This document shows, piece after piece, positions 61,258-64,000 of a DNA stretch of 64,000 nt. The DNA comes from Trichosphaerium sp. ATCC 40318 (taxonomy: Eukaryota > Protista > Tubulinea): NCBI GenBank assembly GCA_038496445.1, contig JALMLS010000577.1:620001-684000 (forward strand), in the 5' to 3' direction. Within the stretch, counting starts at the first letter, position 1; each line of letters starts with the position of its first letter. A program made the translations under genes and the position numbers. The notes below the pieces were generated by a model that ran no database searches, had not been told where the DNA came from, and saw only the letters and a program-made list of their open reading frames with translations.

Positions 61258-62295
61258 TTATTTGTACACCTGATGAGCATTGTCAAGGTATCTGAGAACC
61301 CTGTCGGATACCAATGGACATCTTTGTATATTTATTGAGTGTACTCCAGCCAATGCTTTTACACCTTCATCTGTCACCTTAGTATTTTCTAAGATTATAG
61401 TATGCACACCTGACAACGCTTTAACTCCTTCATCTGTAACTGATGTACTACATAAATTAATCTCATGTACGCCAGACAGAGCGTTGACACCCACATCAGT
61501 AACATACGTTTCTCCTAAAGATACAGAGTAAGCGCCAGCAAGAGTTTTAATGCCAACATCACTGATACACCCACAACCGAATAAGTTTATTGTATGTACT
61601 CCAGATAGGGCAGTTATACCTTTATCCGTTACTTTAGAACCCATTAGATTAATAGTATGAACTCCAGCAAGTGCTATTATACCTTCATCAGTTACTTTAA
61701 GACAAGCACTTAAGTTTATTTCATGAACGCCTTTAAGGCATTTAACACCTTCATTATCTACCATAGTACGTGACAGGTTAATTGTGTGTACACCAGATAG
61801 ATACTTCAAACATTCGCCGGAAATATTTCTGTTCCTTCTGAGGTTGATAGTGTGTACTCCTGACAGTTCTTTAATTCCTTCATCTGTTATGTTGTAGCAT
61901 CCTGCAAGGTTAAGATATCTCACTCCTGATAGGTTAGATAGTTGATTGTCGTTTGTTCTCATGTGACACGTGATCATACTGTTTCTAATGATACCCTTGT
62001 AATCACGTATTCCGCTTGTGTATGGCTGCTTGAACTTTATTTTGTTGTACCCGAGATGATAGTGGATTATATCTGCAAAAAAGGTACATGATGCTGCTAC
62101 AGCATGTCTTGGTTTGTCTGGAAGGTGTTCGAATATTAAATAAGCTACTTCTAACGGCATAGTCAAGAAATTTGTTTGTTCGTAATTAAACTCCTTAGAG
62201 CTAGTGTACAGGTAAGTTACATTTAAAAATGATAACAAACGCAAAAAACGCGCTTGGCTACATAACTTGTTCGAAATAATGGATGCCAAGCGCAT
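61258..62295 (-). CDS. F-box + leucine-rich repeat protein
   Basis: FLTMPLEVAYLIFEHL..ASC (F-box) followed by ~10 VTDEGVKALSGVHTINL repeats. Confidence 0.9.
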   Translation of the reverse strand: MRLASIISNKLCSQARFLRLLSFLNVTYLYTSSKEFNYEQTNFLTMPLEVAYLIFEHLPDKPRHAVAASCTFFADIIHYHLGYNKIKFKQPYTSGIRDYKGIIRNSMITCHMRTNDNQLSNLSGVRYLNLAGCYNITDEGIKELSGVHTINLRRNRNISGECLKYLSGVHTINLSRTMVDNEGVKCLKGVHEINLSACLKVTDEGIIALAGVHTINLMGSKVTDKGITALSGVHTINLFGCGCISDVGIKTLAGAYSVSLGETYVTDVGVNALSGVHEINLCSTSVTDEGVKALSGVHTIILENTKVTDEGVKALAGVHSINIQRCPLVSDRVLRYLDNAHQVYK

Positions 62296-64000
62296 AGTGT
62301 GTAGTGTGGGCGAATGAATAAACGTACGTAAGAAGATGTTTTGTCATAGCGTCCTCTGTGAATTGTTAGCAAGGTTTCTTTTTCAATGAAAAAGCTGCCT
62401 TAAAATACAGGTAACTTATAAATGTTGTTTCTTCAAACGTCATTTACGTCATAAACGGATCAAAACATGTTCAACACATCAACTGTATTCCTGTTATGTA
62501 TCTTACCTATTGTTTACGCGTGTTCCGTACTTGTACAACCCGTACGCCAACAAAGACTCTAACCATTACTAAACCACTAAGGGTATACACGTGAACTATT
62601 ACAGCTGTTCGAATGATCCATACAAGTACGTCAAGTTTGTTTGGTGAGTTTAACGGCTTATAATTTCTTTTCTACAGGTACATCTTCTCTCTTGGCGAAT
62701 GGAACTATTTAGGACCTGTTGGTATTAATTTTACTATGTTTTAGTCGTAGTGACCTCTTATTAGGTGAAACAGCACATGCGACCTTTGATACACGTGATG
62801 GCGCTGTTGAGAAGTACCCAACTACTGATGCTGTTATTTTATGTGATGGTACGTTATTTTTCGAACACGTGATTCTCGCTGGCTTACCTATTGGAATTTA
62901 AGAACTCATTGACCCCACCACACATGATTACAGTATCTCTGCAAATTGTACTCCAGACGGGCTTATGTGGATTGTAAACCAGAACGGTACAAAAATCGGG
63001 CAATTTAAATTCGAATTTCTCCATGAAGACAACTTTTTGTAAGTCATTAAAGGTTTGTAGTAAATATCTGACTTTTCATTACATAGCTATGAAGCCCTCC
63101 TATTCTTTTATGATCCTGACACTGATAACTTCGTTATCCAATTTGGTTCCTCTCATATGGATGCTATTAATGTTCTTGTATCACGTGATACTTTTGAAAT
63201 TGTGTCAAGAGTAACAGCTGATAAGGTGCGTAAAGATGTTGTTGTAATCAAAGTTATATTGACGTATTATGTAGATGCCATCAACTACGTGGTGTCGCTC
63301 GTATACAGTAAAGGACGGTGCATGCTTCGCGCAAAATGATTGTGAACAGTTCACCAATTTGACAACAGTCGAATACGTAAGTGTTCAAGAAAGCAACCAA
63401 ATCTCTATTTTATTTCTTGCCAAGAGCGTTGTATTCTTTTTTATCAATACTCACCATCTAACGAGAATATTAGTATTCAGATGCTAAGATACTTAACCTT
63501 GTAGACAGTTTCGCCTATCAGTGCAGTGTACCATACTTATCATATGTCTATAATCCATCGTAAGTAAACAAAGAATTAGAAAAAATATGCATAATGCTAA
63601 CTTGAGTACAATAGGACAGGACTTACAAGACCAATAGAGAGTACCTTTACGCATACTTCCTACAAAAAAATTGGTAATATGCATCAAGCTATAAGAAAAT
63701 TAGATGAAAATACGGTAGAAGTCTACACGTGGCCGCCATTCACTGGTACGCATTAAATTTGGACAAGAATCTAAACACTTTTTTTTTTCTTTCTCCTTGT
63801 TTTAGTCACCTAGCACTTTCTACGCCCTTTTAGTATCCTTGGGTATTTTAATCATATTTTTAATGCGTTCATACGTGGCGATATACCAGTCAAGGAAAAA
63901 CCAAGCACTGAAAAGTGCTTTGAAACAGTTGGCTTTTTTTCTTCTTTTTCTACGAATTTTGGTTTCGTCTTTTTACTGCGGCTTCTGGGTGTTATCTTGT

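Noticed and set aside
1-64000. CRISPR arrays, rRNA or tRNA genes
   Set aside because: None recognised. The only tRNA-related sequence is the retrotransposon PBS.

Overview
AT-rich (roughly 35% GC by eye), gene-dense genomic DNA from a unicellular eukaryote with many short GT-AG introns (mostly about 40-130 bp). The gene content (class-C GPCR, F-box/MORN and F-box/LRR expansions) would fit an amoeboid protist, but the taxon cannot be fixed from sequence alone. I spliced the genes by hand. Conserved genes: S28 peptidase, EXO1, a BTB protein, ZMAT5, a START protein, METTL14, a GT23 fucosyltransferase-like gene and two inverted SDR paralogs. There is an intact, very young Ty3/Gypsy element (47189-53301) with identical 93-bp LTRs and a GTTT target-site duplication. 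Most notable candidates for undescribed systems: (1) a three-copy family encoding a putatively N-myristoylated, NLS-bearing Swt1-like HEPN RNase, with homogenised 5' ends, strongly diverged HEPN exons, and one copy that has lost the HEPN exon; (2) a heme-peroxidase-DOMON-class C 7TM receptor fusion; (3) a membrane NIT (nitrate/nitrite-sensing) domain receptor with no output domain; (4) a spliced ubiquitin-like leader ending in GG fused directly to the signal anchor of a large extracellular protein; (5) a non-cleavable ubiquitin-2OG-Fe(II) oxygenase fusion. CACGTG is strongly over-represented in host DNA. All family assignments come from recalled motifs, not from database searches.
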